64,000 nucleotides of DNA from Phoronis australis (taxonomy: Eukaryota; Animalia; Phoronida), in contig NMRA01000553.1 in the NCBI GenBank assembly GCA_002633005.1, positions 62,161-126,160 on the forward strand. The letters run 5' to 3'. A program made the translations under genes and the position numbers. The notes under the pieces are model-generated. The model searched no databases and was not told the DNA's origin. It worked only from the letters and a program-made list of their open reading frames with translations. Below are positions 13,501 to 27,155 of the stretch, piece after piece; position 1 is the stretch's first letter; every line of letters starts with the position of its first letter.

Positions 13501-16500
13501 GGTGTATTTCATGAAAAATGATGAAATAAATTTTCTGTTCTCAGTTACATTATGTATGAGCGTTAATTGGCAAGTTTTGACATGGAAAAATGTTGGTGTG
13601 ATATCTCAAGATTAGGGTACTTTGGATTATGCTCATATTTTCTACAACTGTACCTTAGACAGCTCTAGGCACCAGTGCAGTTTTGGTGACCTTTATTGAT
13701 TTTCAAGGTCACATTGAGAAAATCTAGTTTCGAAAAATGTTGTTAGTACAGTATCCCAAGACATAATGCGTTTTGGTCATGATAGACCGAACTGAAAAAC
13801 CTCGCCTCATTTTCGGGTCTGTGGAAATTCCTGAGAAAACCACGAACATTTGTATGTCGGGGTAACATGACATTTCACGCCTCTACACTTTACCTGATGG
13901 ATTTCACACCTATACACACTACCTGCTGACATTAAGTTCCATTGCCAGACCAGGCATAATTACCATGTTTATTGCTCCTGCAGTCAGAATGGGTGATAAA
14001 CAATTGAAATCGCTGATAAAAGCCTGTCAAGCTTATAGTCCCTATAATCTCTGAGATTCTATCATGAACATTTCAAGTTATGAGCTAGGAATCTTTAGGT
14101 TTTATGCGTATTTTGAGACGTGGTGTACCTGAGGCATCGAGCTCTAGATGACAGCTGGTTTTGGTTACCTTGACGATTCATTTCTAAGTCTAAGCTAAGC
14201 TTGAAAGTTCCTCTTGGAAAATGCTGTTGATGCGATATCTCAAGAAGGAATTGCTTTACTTTCTATTCATATTAATTTTTATACAGAGGTGTAGTTGGGG
14301 CTTTTCCAGGCGACCGTAACCTCATTTTGAACATCACAATGAGAAAATCAAGAGTTTACTTAGAAAGTGTTGTTGGCTCGATATCTCAACACGGAAGGTT
14401 CTCATTTGGTTGATATTATATATGGACATGTAGGTGAGCAACTTCGAGCATTAGTCGAATTTGGCAACCTTGACCTCATTTTTAGGGTCACGGTAAAAAA
14501 TTTACGAAGTTGTATACCCTGAGGTGGATGGGACAATATGGCCACCCCGTGACTAATCCTTGACCTGTGCCTTTCCTCTATAAAAACTTGGTTATGTATT
14601 ATCTTATGGTGCACCCATTATTTTAGTTTTTACATGTTTACATGTTGCTTCATGTTCTGTCTTAAAATGTTTGAAAACATATTAAAAATTCTTTTGTGGA
14701 AGTGGAAGTAAAGCCATTATTTGTTGTTCAGTTTAGATGAGCCAATAAATTATTGTCGTTTGACAGTAAATTTCACACAATTTATTGATTACTTTCCGAC
14801 TCTTCTACTTCGGGCAATTTACCATACGTCTCACAAATAATCACTTGGCATCTGACAAGTCTGCTGGCGAACATATCATCAAAACGATACCGCAGGCGAT
14901 GGCAGTCATCGCGTTGATTTCTCATTTCTTGTGGCTTGCTAGCTTTAGGATTAAACAGCAGTGATGCGGGATTATTTTAACACTCAGCTTATGGGCACAT
15001 GCATTAATGCATCGTTGAATTGTATTTGATCACAAATTCCCTGCTATGAACAAGTCATCTGTGATGACCTCGTTGTGACTTAGGAGCTTAAAGTACTGCT
15101 CACCAGTTTCGAACATAATATGGCAAGGGTGTGCAAGTTTATTTTCTTGTTTTCCCCCCCTAAAAAATTACACCAACTGTATGCTTTTCCATGTTTAGGT
15201 TCCATGTCTTAGCTGCCTTTGGACAAATATTTTGATATATTGGAAACATACACAATTTTAGAAGCCTTTTGAAAACGTAAAATGACAGTTTTGCCGACCA
15301 GTAATGCCCAACATTGGTGATATTTTAACATACTTTAAAACTGAGCTCAACACGTAATTGACTTCTCACCAAGGTTTTGAGTGATGGCTTAACTGACCAA
15401 TTAGAACCTAGCATTCTTGACACACCTTCGTTTCCACGCTGCCATTTTACCTGAAAAACACGTTACTGGGTAAAAGTTATTGTTTGTCGACATTTTGCAA
15501 GGGGACGGAGCTTGCGATAGGTCAGTTGGGGGTCAGAAAAGTTTAGATTTCGTCACTGCAAAGCTACAATATATTGGTACAAATTCCCAGGTATTCCCAA
15601 CAGTATAGATGTGAAAATTACCAAAATTGTGGTTATGTTCAGTCTATTAGACTCAAAAATAATTGAAAAATTGTCACCTTTCCTGTTTACCAAAGGCTAG
15701 AGTTCTACTTTGTTAGTATTAATAAAAATTACTGTCTTGTTTAATGCAGCTGTGCAGTAATATTTGCTGGGAATGAAGTTGAATTTTCCTATTATTTTGG
15801 AAGAGAAATGCTTCCCATCGTGTGCCATATTGTATGGTAAATAGGTAGTCCATTGAACACCTGTTCCAAGATTGTTATTCTCAGCTTGAGGAAAAAGCAC
15901 AGGAAATGCTGACTGTAATGCTGAAGGATATGTGGTACTACAAATATGTCCAAATTTGGCTAAATTCAGAACATTGTATCTCAGAAATTGCTGATCAGAT
16001 TTCTATGAAACTGTTTCGTACTATGTTTTATGCACTGCTAGGAATTGTGTTTTGAATTTTCCACTTTTGCATCAAAAAAGATACTGAATGATTATCGTGG
16101 AAAACTCGGGAGTTGCAGGAAATAAAAATGGAATGATATTTACTGAGAGTGCAACAAGGTTTTCAAATTTCATATCGGTGAAATGAGGTCATATTAGGGG
16201 CACTGTTATATTGCCATGTTTACGACACTTTTTCGTGAATTTTACTTGACATGGTCACATGACCTAATCAATGTCAGATTGGTATAAAGTCAAAAATCAA
16301 ATGCTCCATTTTCAGAAAACATGTACGTTTTCAGAATTAATTTCTCTAGCTTTGTAGATATTCAGTTTCCTAAATGCGCAGACTTCACCATAGTACAATA
16401 ACCATAACCTTAAGTTAATTTCCCTGGTGTAAATTTTCTGCATATTTGGCTTGTCAATAGCAGTATGATAATCTGTTTTGCTTTTGCTATTTTGCAATTG

Positions 16501-19500
16501 TTGCTATGGTTTTTTATCCCTGGTGGTTACAGCAACCGGAATTCACTTGTGTTAGTTCTCATTTTAACTGTAGAACGATAAATTATTCCTAAAAAGTTAA
16601 TATTTTTGGTTGATATTACGGTTATCCCTAAATAGCTTCATAAGGTTGGTAGAGTCGAGGGTAAATATGTTGTGCTTGTGAAAAAAGAAGTTTTACTTCT
16701 TATACTACGGTTATGTGGGGCTCCGTATAAATGTCCAGTTTTGGCCGACTGTGAAACATCGTATGGCCCATCGGATTCACATGAAACTTTAAAATCGTGT
16801 GCTTTATACACTTTTCTCCAAAATCCTGTTCGGAATCGTTTGTAAAAAGTACAGCTTTTGCATGAGGGGCTATCAAAAGTAGGAATTATGTGGTTTTTAT
16901 GAAAACAATCAAAAGTTGCATGAAATGGAACGAAATGATAATTTAGAAAACTGTGACAGTACTTTTGAGATTTCATCATGAATATTTATATCATATGAAA
17001 TTCTGTCATATCATTGATGTGCGTTGTTTTTGCTACGGATGTGCCTTTTTTTTGCTAAATTTTACTAAAAATCCAATCACGTGACCTAATCAATGACAGG
17101 CTGGTATAAAGTCAAACATTAAATTCTACATGCTTAGTATTTTTCCTGAGTTAACATCTTTAGTTTTGCTGAAATTTGGCTAAATGCTCAGATTAGTCAG
17201 TCCATCACCAGATTTCACAGATTCTTCAAACTACTCAATTAGAAACAATTTTCTCAAATTCCAAAACAATAGAGATTAAGAAAATTTTAGAATGCCATAT
17301 TCTTTTGGTTTGTACTATGTAAATGTCCTAAAACATCAGTTGGCAAGGTTTCCATTATTTGCAGCAAGATATCAAGTGTTTGAAAAATGGAGAAATGATG
17401 ATTTTGACTGTTATTTTTCTCCAAGAATTTTAAGGAGTACATATTTCTTAGTCTTGAAGCAGCCATAAACCTGCGTTCCGTTCAAGAAGAGATTTTCTTG
17501 CGTGAGACAATTTACTGCTATAAAATTGGCCTCGACTGGTTCTTTACTCAGTTGGGAAATTTCTGGCAACGCTTTATTCTTTGCTCAGTCCATAATATGA
17601 CACGCCGTAACAAGCCAACTTGCAAAGCCAGGTCTCAAACGATTACAAGCTGTTAGTTCTTTCGAACCACTAAAATCACCTGTAATTTTCCGAAGAACAA
17701 TTTTAGACCAATTTCATGACGGTAATTGATCCTACTGAAAAGATTGTTTTTGTCAAGAAAGGTGTGTGTGTAACCGTTTTAATTTATGCATGTTAGTGTC
17801 TTAGTTCACATCTCCTGTTTTCTTGCAGGTGGTCCAGGAATATGAGCGAGCGGTCATTTTCCGCCTCGGTCGTTTAGTGTCGGGGGGCGCCAGGGGACCA
17901 GGTAGGTCGAGATTCAAGTTTGGACTTAAAACCAAAAAAGTTAGGAACTTTCAGTAGTTTTGATACAAAGGAGAACTGTTGTTCATTAAGCTAGTGTCTA
18001 AACTTATGGAATTCGATTTACTAGGAAAATACTCTTTTCTCCTATTTCGCTCTTATGTAGCCTCTCATACTTAGTGTACAGGCCTGTATGTGAAGCCTCC
18101 ACTGGGGTACTCGACCATATTTTCAACAGGTGTGCTGCTGGAAAAATTAAGATACCATGCCACGAATTGTAGGAGGACACTTGGCTTACCTCAAAATCCA
18201 ACTGCTGCCTGGTGGTTTGGTAATTGGCCCAGTTATGTTGCACATACAGCAGAATTAATGATGAACATGATATGGCAACATAAAACAAATGTTTTAGGTT
18301 GTAAAAGTCGCATTTCTTGTTCCGATATCCAAAATTCAAAAATTTTATCTTGTGTACTTTTCACAATCCAAATATTCTATTTAAAACTTTCAGAACCAAA
18401 ATTTTAAAATACCATTTCCGCCCCGGAAAATACAGAAAATACCAGAAAATAACATCAGCAGTCTGAGGCTCTGTAGTTGTCTACAACTGCATGGTGTCTT
18501 TGCAGAAGATTTCATGACTCATCCCCGAGAACAGGAACCCTTCCTAGAACTTCCAAGAAAAGTCGGTCTTCCATAGGTTTTGTTCCTGAAGCACCTGATG
18601 AGAAACGTTTTTCAAAGAGGCATCGAGGAGCCTGAGTTTGTATATTTTTAGTGGCCTCTGAGCTTGCTGTGATCAACAGCTCAAGTTGAGTTTTAGTGCA
18701 GGTGATTGTCACATTTTGATCCTCGAATCCTAATCCTCCGTCATAACCGAGCTGCTATAGTAATTCATTCGGATTACTACAGAATCAGGGGTGACACTAT
18801 TTTTAGAAGGGGACTGCTGCAACTCAGGCCTATCATCTTTCGTGATACATACCGTAAACTTGTGGGCTAACACCCTAGGCACTTGAATTGGGAAACCCTG
18901 AGACGGGGTGGGCGATTGCCTAAGCATTGGGCTCTTCAACCAAAAACTGACAAAAAGTCAGGGATGGGCGATTACTCGGACATGAGCGTTAAGTTTACGT
19001 AATGGATGGCGATAGCATGTGGTAACAATGGCATGGAAGTCCATTTTTGCAGTCTCAACTCTCACTGGTTTTGTTGCTGGAATGATGCGAGTTGTGTTGT
19101 TTGACGTAAGCTATGTCCCGAATTTGGTTGTCCTCGTTTGCAGAGATGGAAAAACGCAATGTGTGATAATGACCTAGTTGCTGAATGTGAGGACGCAACA
19201 CACAGGGTGTCATGGAGGAGGAGCCGAGACATAAATTGTGACGGAAATATTTCCACGTGTCCCACTTTTGAGCATGTCTGAAAGGAGCACTGGTCCCGGC
19301 ATTAATCTGCCTATATCATGTAGCTTGGCAAGACAATATGGCAACTGACCCACTGTGTTTCTGTAAAACTCTAGTGTTGTTAGAATGAATCATGACAAGC
19401 TAAGTGTGACGGAAAATAGTTATACATTAATGAGAGAAGTGCCCTCTAGAGGCACACCGGTGCACATTAATCATGGGAGAAGTGCTTTCTACAGGCGCAT

Positions 19501-22500
19501 CAGATCACATTACTGAAAGAAGTGCCCTCTATAGGCATGCCAGTGCACATTAATGAGAGAAGTGCCCTCTAGAGGCACATCAGTGCACATTTTAGAGGGA
19601 AGTGCCCTCTAGAGGCATGAGAGCATGGTTTTTCATCATGTATCTTTGGTAACGTGGTTGCCTGGTGCCATTATCAACCATATTGTGGAATTTTGTTGCG
19701 GATTCGTCTGGCTTCGTTGAAGTTATGGCAAAAATCCAGGAGAAAGTCACATAGAAATTTTTGGCCAGACATGTCTGTGTTTTTTTATGAGGTGAAATAT
19801 CGTTAGCTTTACATTGGCACAAAAAATCATAATGGCTAAACTTTCTGTTGCCAAAAAGTGGCGAGGCTATTTTGGAATCTTGTATTTCCTGAACACACAT
19901 CATGGACCCAAAGAGAAGCTTGACAATGCCTTGGTTGTCTGAGCGATCAGCTTGAAATATTGTAATGGATGTTAAGGATCAAAAAGGCCAAATCAATAAC
20001 ATCTTGGGCAAACTTTCCATATGTATTATGGACCCCTTTCCCAAATGAGTTCCTCGTTTCCGAACAATTCCCTGCAAGGTGAGAAATCGCCAATACTGTG
20101 TCAATACTTTGTCTGAATGAGGAATATTTGGAAATTTTCGAAGTTTTGTGGTTAGCGGTACTGTGACATTAAGTGGCAGACCGAACACCCCAGAACCTGT
20201 GATTGTTACTGTTTTTATCTATTTGAACTTGTATTTAAATTTGGGAAATATAAGGAAAGCCAAAATCGACCGTGTCCCAATCTTCAGAATGAAGAAACCT
20301 GAGTTTCTACTTGAATTGTGTGAAACTGCAGAATTTCTACTGTATATAGTTGCAGTTATTTTTGTTCTATTGTAGGCCTGTTCTTCATCATCCCTTGCAT
20401 GGACTCCTACACAAAGATTGATCTCAGGACAGTCTCCTTTGATGTGCCACCCCAGGAGGTAAAGTAAACTCGTTATCTGGAAGGATGGAGTGTTCCTGCT
20501 GCCTTTTGCCACTTGTGTGCACTGTGTGCTCAAGGGCCATTTACCGACAAACCCAACTAGGCCACACCCACTATAGATGCTGTGGCGAAGTTTTGCAAGC
20601 TCGAAGTCGAGAGTTCCTGTGCATCTGTATCAGTTGTAACTACAGATTATTTTTCCTGATCGTATTTCACTGAAAATGTTTTCGTGCACGGAGTCAGTCA
20701 CTCACGAGGGACCCTGGGGGGAAATTAACCATTGCAGACAGCATTAATAATCCTCGATTTCAAGTCTCCCGTGTCCATTCACATCAACTGAGCTTCATTC
20801 AAATGTCAGATCGATTCAAACAGCTGTAATTGTTTTGCACTCCTCTTAAAAGTTCAGTGACTTGTAGGTGTGCTGAGGGTGAGAGATGCTGTCTTGTAGC
20901 AGTTAGTCTAATGTCTTGCTAGTGGATGCTGGGGCACTGTCTGGGAACAGCATTTCATGAGTCTTATTAACAAAATCAAGTTTACCTAAGTCCTATGCTC
21001 TATCAGCCACATATGTTACACATTACTAGATTGATAAAACTATTAATTACCTCTAGATCTATAATCTTGTTTGTGGTGTAGTTCTGGAGACATTCCCATA
21101 CTATGTTTTTGTTGAATTTGTCTTTGAACCAACTGTGAACCAAAAGTTTGACATGCTGTAATTTTAAGGTTAGATTTAGTCATCAGTGTTCAGTTGCATG
21201 AAATAGTCCCAATAGGATCTTTATATTCCCCAATTTTTTAGCGTATTTTATTTAAGTAGCCTTTGTTTAAAAATAATTGTAGGCGGTCTGATACATATTG
21301 TATCAGCGGTCTGATACGTATTGTATCAGCGATCTGATACGTATTGTATCAGCGGTCTGATACATATTGTATCAGACGTGCACAGCTGCTCAGGTGGTCC
21401 CAATGCACTGATCACCTGGAACCATTTTTACGCTGCATCGATATATAGTTTAAAACCAAGCTCAGAATCTTAAGAGTCCTGACTCAATGGTCTAGCAGTG
21501 TGCCCCAGTGGGACCGCAGCCCTCAACCTTGAAGTAAATTAAGCAGACACTTATCCCACCAGGCCACATCGCCTTCTCTAGGCTTTGTTTACTTATTAAT
21601 ACGATGCCTATTTCTGCATCAATAACACAAGCTCCTCTTTAGCTCGTGACATTTTCTATTAATGCATCTGAAAAGTGAGCTTCTATTTCAATGAAAATAA
21701 ACAGGGACCATCGGAAGTCCTTAAATTAAGGGCGTTGCAGGAGAATGTCCTTGTTTATTTTGAGTAATTTTACGAATTCAAGTAGACTGGTGGTGTGCAT
21801 CACAGATAAAACTTAAAGGGATACTAAACCCTGTTTTGGTGATTTCAACCAATCCTTGTTCTGCTACCCAATAATGCACCATTGGTGTCCCCTTTGAGTG
21901 ATAAAAACAGGATTCAACTAAAAACTTTTCTTTCTTTGTCACAGATAGGATATTATGGTGCTTGGTTGGTGGCCTTTCCTTACAGTTGCTGTGTAACACG
22001 CCTAAAGCGTAGGTTATGCTTGCCCGTTTAGCAGACTTTCTAAGGAATTTTGAAATTTTGTTTGAAATATTTGACGGTTGTTGAGGGTTACAGAGCATTA
22101 TTTTGTTTCAGAGGACAAGATAGGAACGTCATTACTTGGCGGAATTCTTCGAATTCCGACAAGTATGTTGCTCTGTCGTCAAGTTTTTTTTTTTTTTTTT
22201 TTTTTTTTGTTCGCACTCTACAGGTCGCAATTTTCGTCTGATTTTCACGAAATTTGCANGGGCCATCTATTGTTCTTCATTGTAGTTGATTGTCTGCTCT
22301 CTATTTGATTTCTTCGCTAGTCACATGAATGTTATTGTGTTATCGTCTTATTCATAATTGCCGCCGTGATCGTCTTGATTGTCGTCGTCTCCCTCATCGT
22401 CGTCTTTTCGATTAGTTCTGCCAAGTGTCGCTCCTCCGAGCGCTCTCGTTTTTGATATCTGTTACTAGGCAAAACAGAGTCTGGTACCCTTTTAATGTAG

Positions 22501-25261
22501 CAATTAAGATGAAACGACAGATGAAAGGACAATCGGTGTTTGCACAAAGCTACAGATGTGCTGAAAATGTCGTGAACTTAGTTGTGTCTCTATGGGGGCT
22601 GTTGCGTGCAAACGAATAAATGTGTCTGTTAGATCTAACACTGCATGGTCTCACTCTATCACAAGTGTGCCTAGCACTTCCTCTATCACAAATCTGATAG
22701 TGGGCATGCATTTGTTGGCGTCACAAATCTAAATTATGGTGGTTTTTATTGATAAAATGAGACCATCTCAAAATTGATGTTGAGAAAATAGAGAGTGATA
22801 GAAGATGAAAAAAATTGAAGAAACATTAAAGAAATATGGGGAGATGAAGAATTTTCTGTTTGAAAATGCGTGTTTTATTTCGGGAACGTTTCTCCTAGAC
22901 GTAAGACATAGCGCAGGTGGGGAAACGAGGTGTCAGCAGTTTCCGTTTAAAATAACTGTGAAGGATTTACTTGAGAGATCTCCATGACTACAAAATAATC
23001 TGGAACCCAAACTAAACTGAGTTACACCTATGATTTCAGATTCTCTCCAAGGACTCGGTGACTGTAGCTGTTGATGCGGTCGTCTATTACCGCGTCAGCA
23101 ACGCTACAATCTCGGTCACAAATGTTGAGGATGCCGCGCGCTCTACGCGTCTTCTTGCTGCGACCACGCTCCGCAACGTGCTGGGCACCCGCAACATGTC
23201 AGAGATCTTGTCAGACCGTGAAAATATCTCTCACCAGATGCAGACGGCGTTAGACGAGGCCACTGACCCCTGGGGAGTGAAGGTCGAGAGAGTTGAAATG
23301 TGAGTTGGGGATGTGATTTATTTCATTTGCTTAAAATCACTGTGAAGAATTCAGATTACTTTTTCTAACAAAAATTCTGTACTTGGGCATAATTTAACAA
23401 ATAACCCAAATTAAATAAAATTTTTTAAAATATTCTGCTAAAATGCTTGTGTTGGCTTATTTTATCAATCTTGTCAGGGCACGTATAGAAAGCAGTGGAG
23501 CAGGCCTTCATCTAGAGGGTGTCCTGGGTGCCCCTTAGGTACCCTAGCTAGGACGCCCTGCTCAGCATTAGGATGCCCTAGTGGAACAGACAAATAAACA
23601 ACAGATCTGGGAGCTCAATGTCCTTATAAGAAGAAAAAAAATTGTTTAGAAATGATGTAAGATAACCATGTCACCACAATAACATAACACGCAGCAATTT
23701 GACTTGGGACCGTCAAAAGACAGGCACGCGTTTCATGGACGCCCTCAAAAATTTTAAAGTGCATTTTGGATGCCCTGTTTTTGAAATACTGGATGAAACC
23801 CTGCAGTGGATTCTGACATTGTCTCCCCTACTATTGGCTGTGAAGTTGATATTTCTGCAAATGTGACCCAGCCAACTACTGCACGCACCAATGATGTTTA
23901 CATCCCTTCAGGTATTAGGTAACTATTGTCAGTAAAAAAATATGCGATGGACAAGAGTTATACCCCTTTTACCTTCAGTTGGCGCACCCCTTAAAGGAGT
24001 GAAATAACGTTATCCATCAATGAATTTAGATTGACTATGGTAGATTCATTTGATAACAGCTCATTCTGTTATTTTACACTAGAAAGTCCGTGGCGGATCT
24101 AGGATACCATAAGGGGGAGCCCAACATGTTGCCTTGGGGAATTGGGCAAAGCGCGATTGTATGAGCACAGGCGGCCTGAAACTTGCGGGGGCCGATGGTG
24201 TGGACCTTCTGTTTGCAAATTCTGTCCATGAACTAAAAAAAAAATCAAAACGAGAACACGATTACACCGCGATCTTGTGTCTGAGTGCCCCCTCATCCGC
24301 TACCGGTCCTAGTTACTAACTCAAAATTTCCTCTCGCTTCACACTGTTGCTGTTTCATTTTGCTTGCGCCCCCCCTCCCATAAATCCGCCTATGAAAGTT
24401 GTCGATTGTGCTAAAATCAGCCTATGACATCAATGGATCATGATTGTGTGACATTGATCACGCTTGGCATTTATCATTTTCCACTAATAAAACGCCAGTC
24501 AAACCACGTTCCAAAATTTTTACGAATACATTAAATTTTCGTCTGAGGTCAGGCAAGGCTCAGTTTCTGTCAAACGTCCCAGTCCGTTTGTGGAAAGTAT
24601 GTACCGTTAGGTGATAAATGACAGGTGACAATTTTATTTTTTGTGTAATCAAGAAATATCATTGTCATGTATTGTAGTTTAGGCGAATTGTAAAGTTTTT
24701 AGAGAATGATTGAGAACTTTCAGTAACACCGTGTGACTCAGAGGATGAGCCGAGCCCTGTGTGTGAGTGCGTGATCGTGGAATAATTTGAGTACAGTCTG
24801 TCCTCTCCTGCAGTCGTGAAGACTTCAAAAATTTACAAGACTGACTGCAAAGTCGCCAGTAATAGCGACATACACGTGCCACATGAAGTTTGCTGTTGTT
24901 CTTCCTGAACTATTGCCAAAATTCTGGGTGTAATATTTCCTTAAGAATACTTTTTCAATTAACTGTCATTTCTCCCTGCAGTAAAGACGTCCGCCTCCCC
25001 GTTCAACTGCAGAGAGCTATGGCCGCCGAGGCTGAAGCTGCCCGCGAAGCCCGTGCCAAGGTCATTGCTGCAGAGGGTGAACAGAAGGCATCACGTGCTC
25101 TGAAAGAGGCGGCAGACGTCATTAATGAGTCACCATCTGCCCTTCAGCTGAGGTACCTGCAAACGTTGAATACCATTTCTGCGGAGAAGAACTCCACCAT
25201 CGTATTCCCGCTGCCCATTGAGTTGATGAGCAGCTTCATCAACAGAGGGCAGCAGTCATAA
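4527..25261 (+). CDS. STOM: Stomatin / band 7 / MEC-2-like protein, paralog A; join(4527..4599,9040..9143,17829..17901,20376..20458,23040..23299,24982..25261), 290 aa
   Basis: All introns are GT-AG with consistent phases; 873 nt ending in TAA. Motifs: GCCG + hydrophobic hairpin with [89 protein letters not shown]. The symbol is family-level; one-to-one orthology is not shown, and the first exon is less certain than the rest. Confidence 0.93.
7236..7305. repeat. 20-bp tandem repeat x3.5
   Basis: Unit cactgcatactcggtatgca with internal hairpin tgcatac-tcg-gtatgca. Confidence 0.85.
9040..9143 (+). CDS. STOM: Stomatin A exon 2 (Cys pair and membrane hairpin)
   Basis: tctttccag| ... AAG|gtaggt; 104 bp; [34 protein letters not shown]. 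Confidence 0.95.
12521..14244. repeat. ~860-bp near-identical tandem duplication joined at a single N (13383); probable assembly overlap artefact
   Basis: 12521-13382 matches 13384-14244 with scattered substitutions; the junction is exactly the N. Confidence 0.9.
15924..16411 (+). mobile_element. Non-autonomous DNA transposon, Kolobok-like family (other copies ~16709-17190, 31642-32614, 36086-36589, ~49340-49720)
   Basis: Ends aagg(a/t)tatgt... and ...cataaccttaa. The internal motifs ccaaatttggctaa and gacatggtcacatgacc recur, with variation, across the copies. Superfamily is inferred from TTAA-adjacent GG/CC ends. Confidence 0.6.
17829..17901 (+). CDS. STOM: Stomatin A exon 3
   Basis: tcttgcag| ... 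G|gtaggt; 73 bp; [24 protein letters not shown]. Confidence 0.96.
18850..19001. mobile_element. TA-flanked Tc1/mariner(pogo)-like MITE
   Basis: TA-CCGTAAACTT ... AAGTTTACG-TA termini. Confidence 0.55.
19424..19619. repeat. ~40-bp minisatellite x5
   Basis: Unit acattaatgagagaagtgccctctagaggcacaccggtgc with palindromic core gtgcc(c)tctagaggcac. Confidence 0.85.
20376..20458 (+). CDS. STOM: Stomatin A exon 4
   Basis: ttgtag| ... GAG|gtaaag; 83 bp; [27 protein letters not shown]. Confidence 0.96.
21268..21578 (-). mobile_element. tRNA-derived SINE (same family as 30618-30887) with its 23-bp tail hairpin amplified x4 (21283-21374)
   Basis: The reverse complement aligns along its length to 30618-30887; repeated unit gcggtctgatacatattgtatca. 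Confidence 0.7.
23040..23299 (+). CDS. STOM: Stomatin A exon 5 (SPFH domain core)
   Basis: tttcag| ... AT|gtgagt; 260 bp; [19 protein letters not shown]...[11 protein letters not shown]. Confidence 0.96.
23501..23803. mobile_element. hAT-like MITE, 8-bp TSD
   Basis: TIR CAGGCCTTCATCTAG / CAGGGTTTCATCCAG; flanks cagtggag / cagtggat. Confidence 0.75.
24088..24394. mobile_element. MITE with 5-bp TSD (AAAGT)
   Basis: TIR CCGTGGCGGATCTAGG / CATAGGCGGATTTATG; aaagt on both sides. Confidence 0.65.
24982..25261 (+). CDS. STOM: Stomatin A exon 6 (coiled coil and C-terminus)
   Basis: ccctgcag|; [20 protein letters not shown]...[25 protein letters not shown]. Confidence 0.96.
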
Positions 25262-27149
25262 ATCGGCAGAAATTTCTTACCCTCCGCTTGCTGAAAATGG
25301 AGTGGTCGATGGAAGACACTGTGACTTTTATTGTGACTTATTGGTCTAACAGCATGTGCACATTTTGTCCAATGTCTTGCAATTATTATTTTTAAGGGGT
25401 AAAGTAGACAGTACAATTAAAATTTCACGTGAAATTCAATTTTGAGAGCCTAATGATTTTAAAGCAATGTAATGTTTTTGTATGTTATTACGAAGAGTCA
25501 AAATTTAAATCAATGCCCTTACAAGGTTAACAAGCGTGTAAACTTTCAACATATTTGATATTTTAAGTAGTTTTGTTGTCTCATTCGTCTGTCGTTTGCT
25601 CTATGGTGAGTTGCCAAATAGACAGTTAATTGCATGACTCACTTGAGGAAGAAAACTGTGTAGAGTGCTTTTGTGAAGTCTTGCAAGTGGCGTTAGTGAG
25701 AAATTCCTTGTTTCATAGAGATAGATTTAATGGTTTTACGATAAATTATCACGTTCAGTAAAAACAAGGTTATGTCGTTAGTTTTGAGCTTACTGACCTC
25801 TGATTACTGGATGCGAACCTGGTTTACCGTTTATAAAAGTTTAAATTTGTTGGTGTAATTTATTTTGATTTTTATGTAATGCTTTCCCCGTGGATAATGG
25901 CATTGGTACTGTAATCCTCTTATATGGCTGTGTTCTGTACTTCATCCGTGATTTTAAGTTAATCTCATCAGGGTTGTGATTATTGCAGCTATGTATTGTA
26001 TTGAACCAACCTTATGGCGTTGTTATCATGTAACGAAAATTTAAACTAAAATACCCAGTCCTACTTGGATTGAGAAAATCTATGTGACTAAGGGGGAGTG
26101 TGGTGGATGTAAAACTGAAACATTTTGGGTTCAACCACTGGCTTCTGTGCTGCAGTCATGCAACAATTACAGTTACTGGAGTCGTGCTCTTGAGCAAGGC
26201 ATTTACAATGAACTGTCTTTAATGTAGCACACAATAAGGCTGAGTCAGACCTGTGGAACTTGGTCTATCAATTATGAACACAGGTGAAAAAAGTATTTAG
26301 ATTCTTACTTCGTTTTATCATGGTTTATAGTTTTAAAAGTGTACGTCTACCATAAAATAAATTTTAATTAGAATTTTAAATTTTAGTGGCATTTGCAGCC
26401 TTTTGCAAAATGGAGAGCTGCAGTTTTGGGAATTGTCTTTGTGCGAAATTGAAAAGAGATTAACCAGGGCTTACTCATCAAACCCAATGGGCCTGACAGA
26501 TCATGAAAATTTAATTTTCTTGTTCATTGTAGACAGAAAACATACTCTACATTGCATTTAAGAACTGTGTAGTGACCATCATTATTCACATTGTAAATTT
26601 TTGTCCAATTTTAACCAATGGAAACCTCTTCACTGTTTTGTGACATTGTGTTTCATGTTGGGAAAGGTGTACATTTCATTTGTGGTAGATTTAGCATCGG
26701 TTATTATTGAATTGCACCATGCAGACTTTTTTACTCCTCAGACATTTGAACTGATTGAAGTTGCTATATTTTGGCTTGGGTTATGTGCTTTCTTCTGCCC
26801 ACCCCTCTGACCATTTGAACTCTTCCTCAGTTGCAAAGTAGCCTGGCCACTGAGGAAGGGTAATTTCATTTGTGCAATTCAACCCTTATAGGTGCCAGGT
26901 GTGGAGATGTCCCAGACACTTTCATACACAGTTATTAATTTTTCATTTTTTTAATTTGTTGTATTTACATGTTTTTCATTAGCACGAAGTTATCTTGAAA
27001 ATTTCTGGGTAAAATTGTCTATGGTTCGATGGATTTCATAAACCTCTTATATTGTAGGCCTATTTACACTTTTGATTAAATATTTCATATTTACAATTTA
27101 TACACTACATTGCATTAATAGCTTTCGTTGTAATTAACCTGAATGTATG

Positions 27150-27155
27150 AATAAA
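27150..27155 (+). terminator. Candidate polyadenylation signal of stomatin A
   Basis: AATAAA at the end of an AT-rich stretch ~1.9 kb after the stop codon. Confidence 0.45.

Noticed and set aside
19424-19619. CRISPR-like appearance of palindromic repeats (also 21283-21374 and 32121-32541)
   Set aside because: Units are directly tandem with no unique spacers, there are no cas genes, and the context is eukaryotic intron.
26091-26215. Degenerate SINE-like fragment in the presumed 3' UTR of A (ggttcaacc, cttgagcaaggcattta)
   Set aside because: Too decayed to define boundaries or family.
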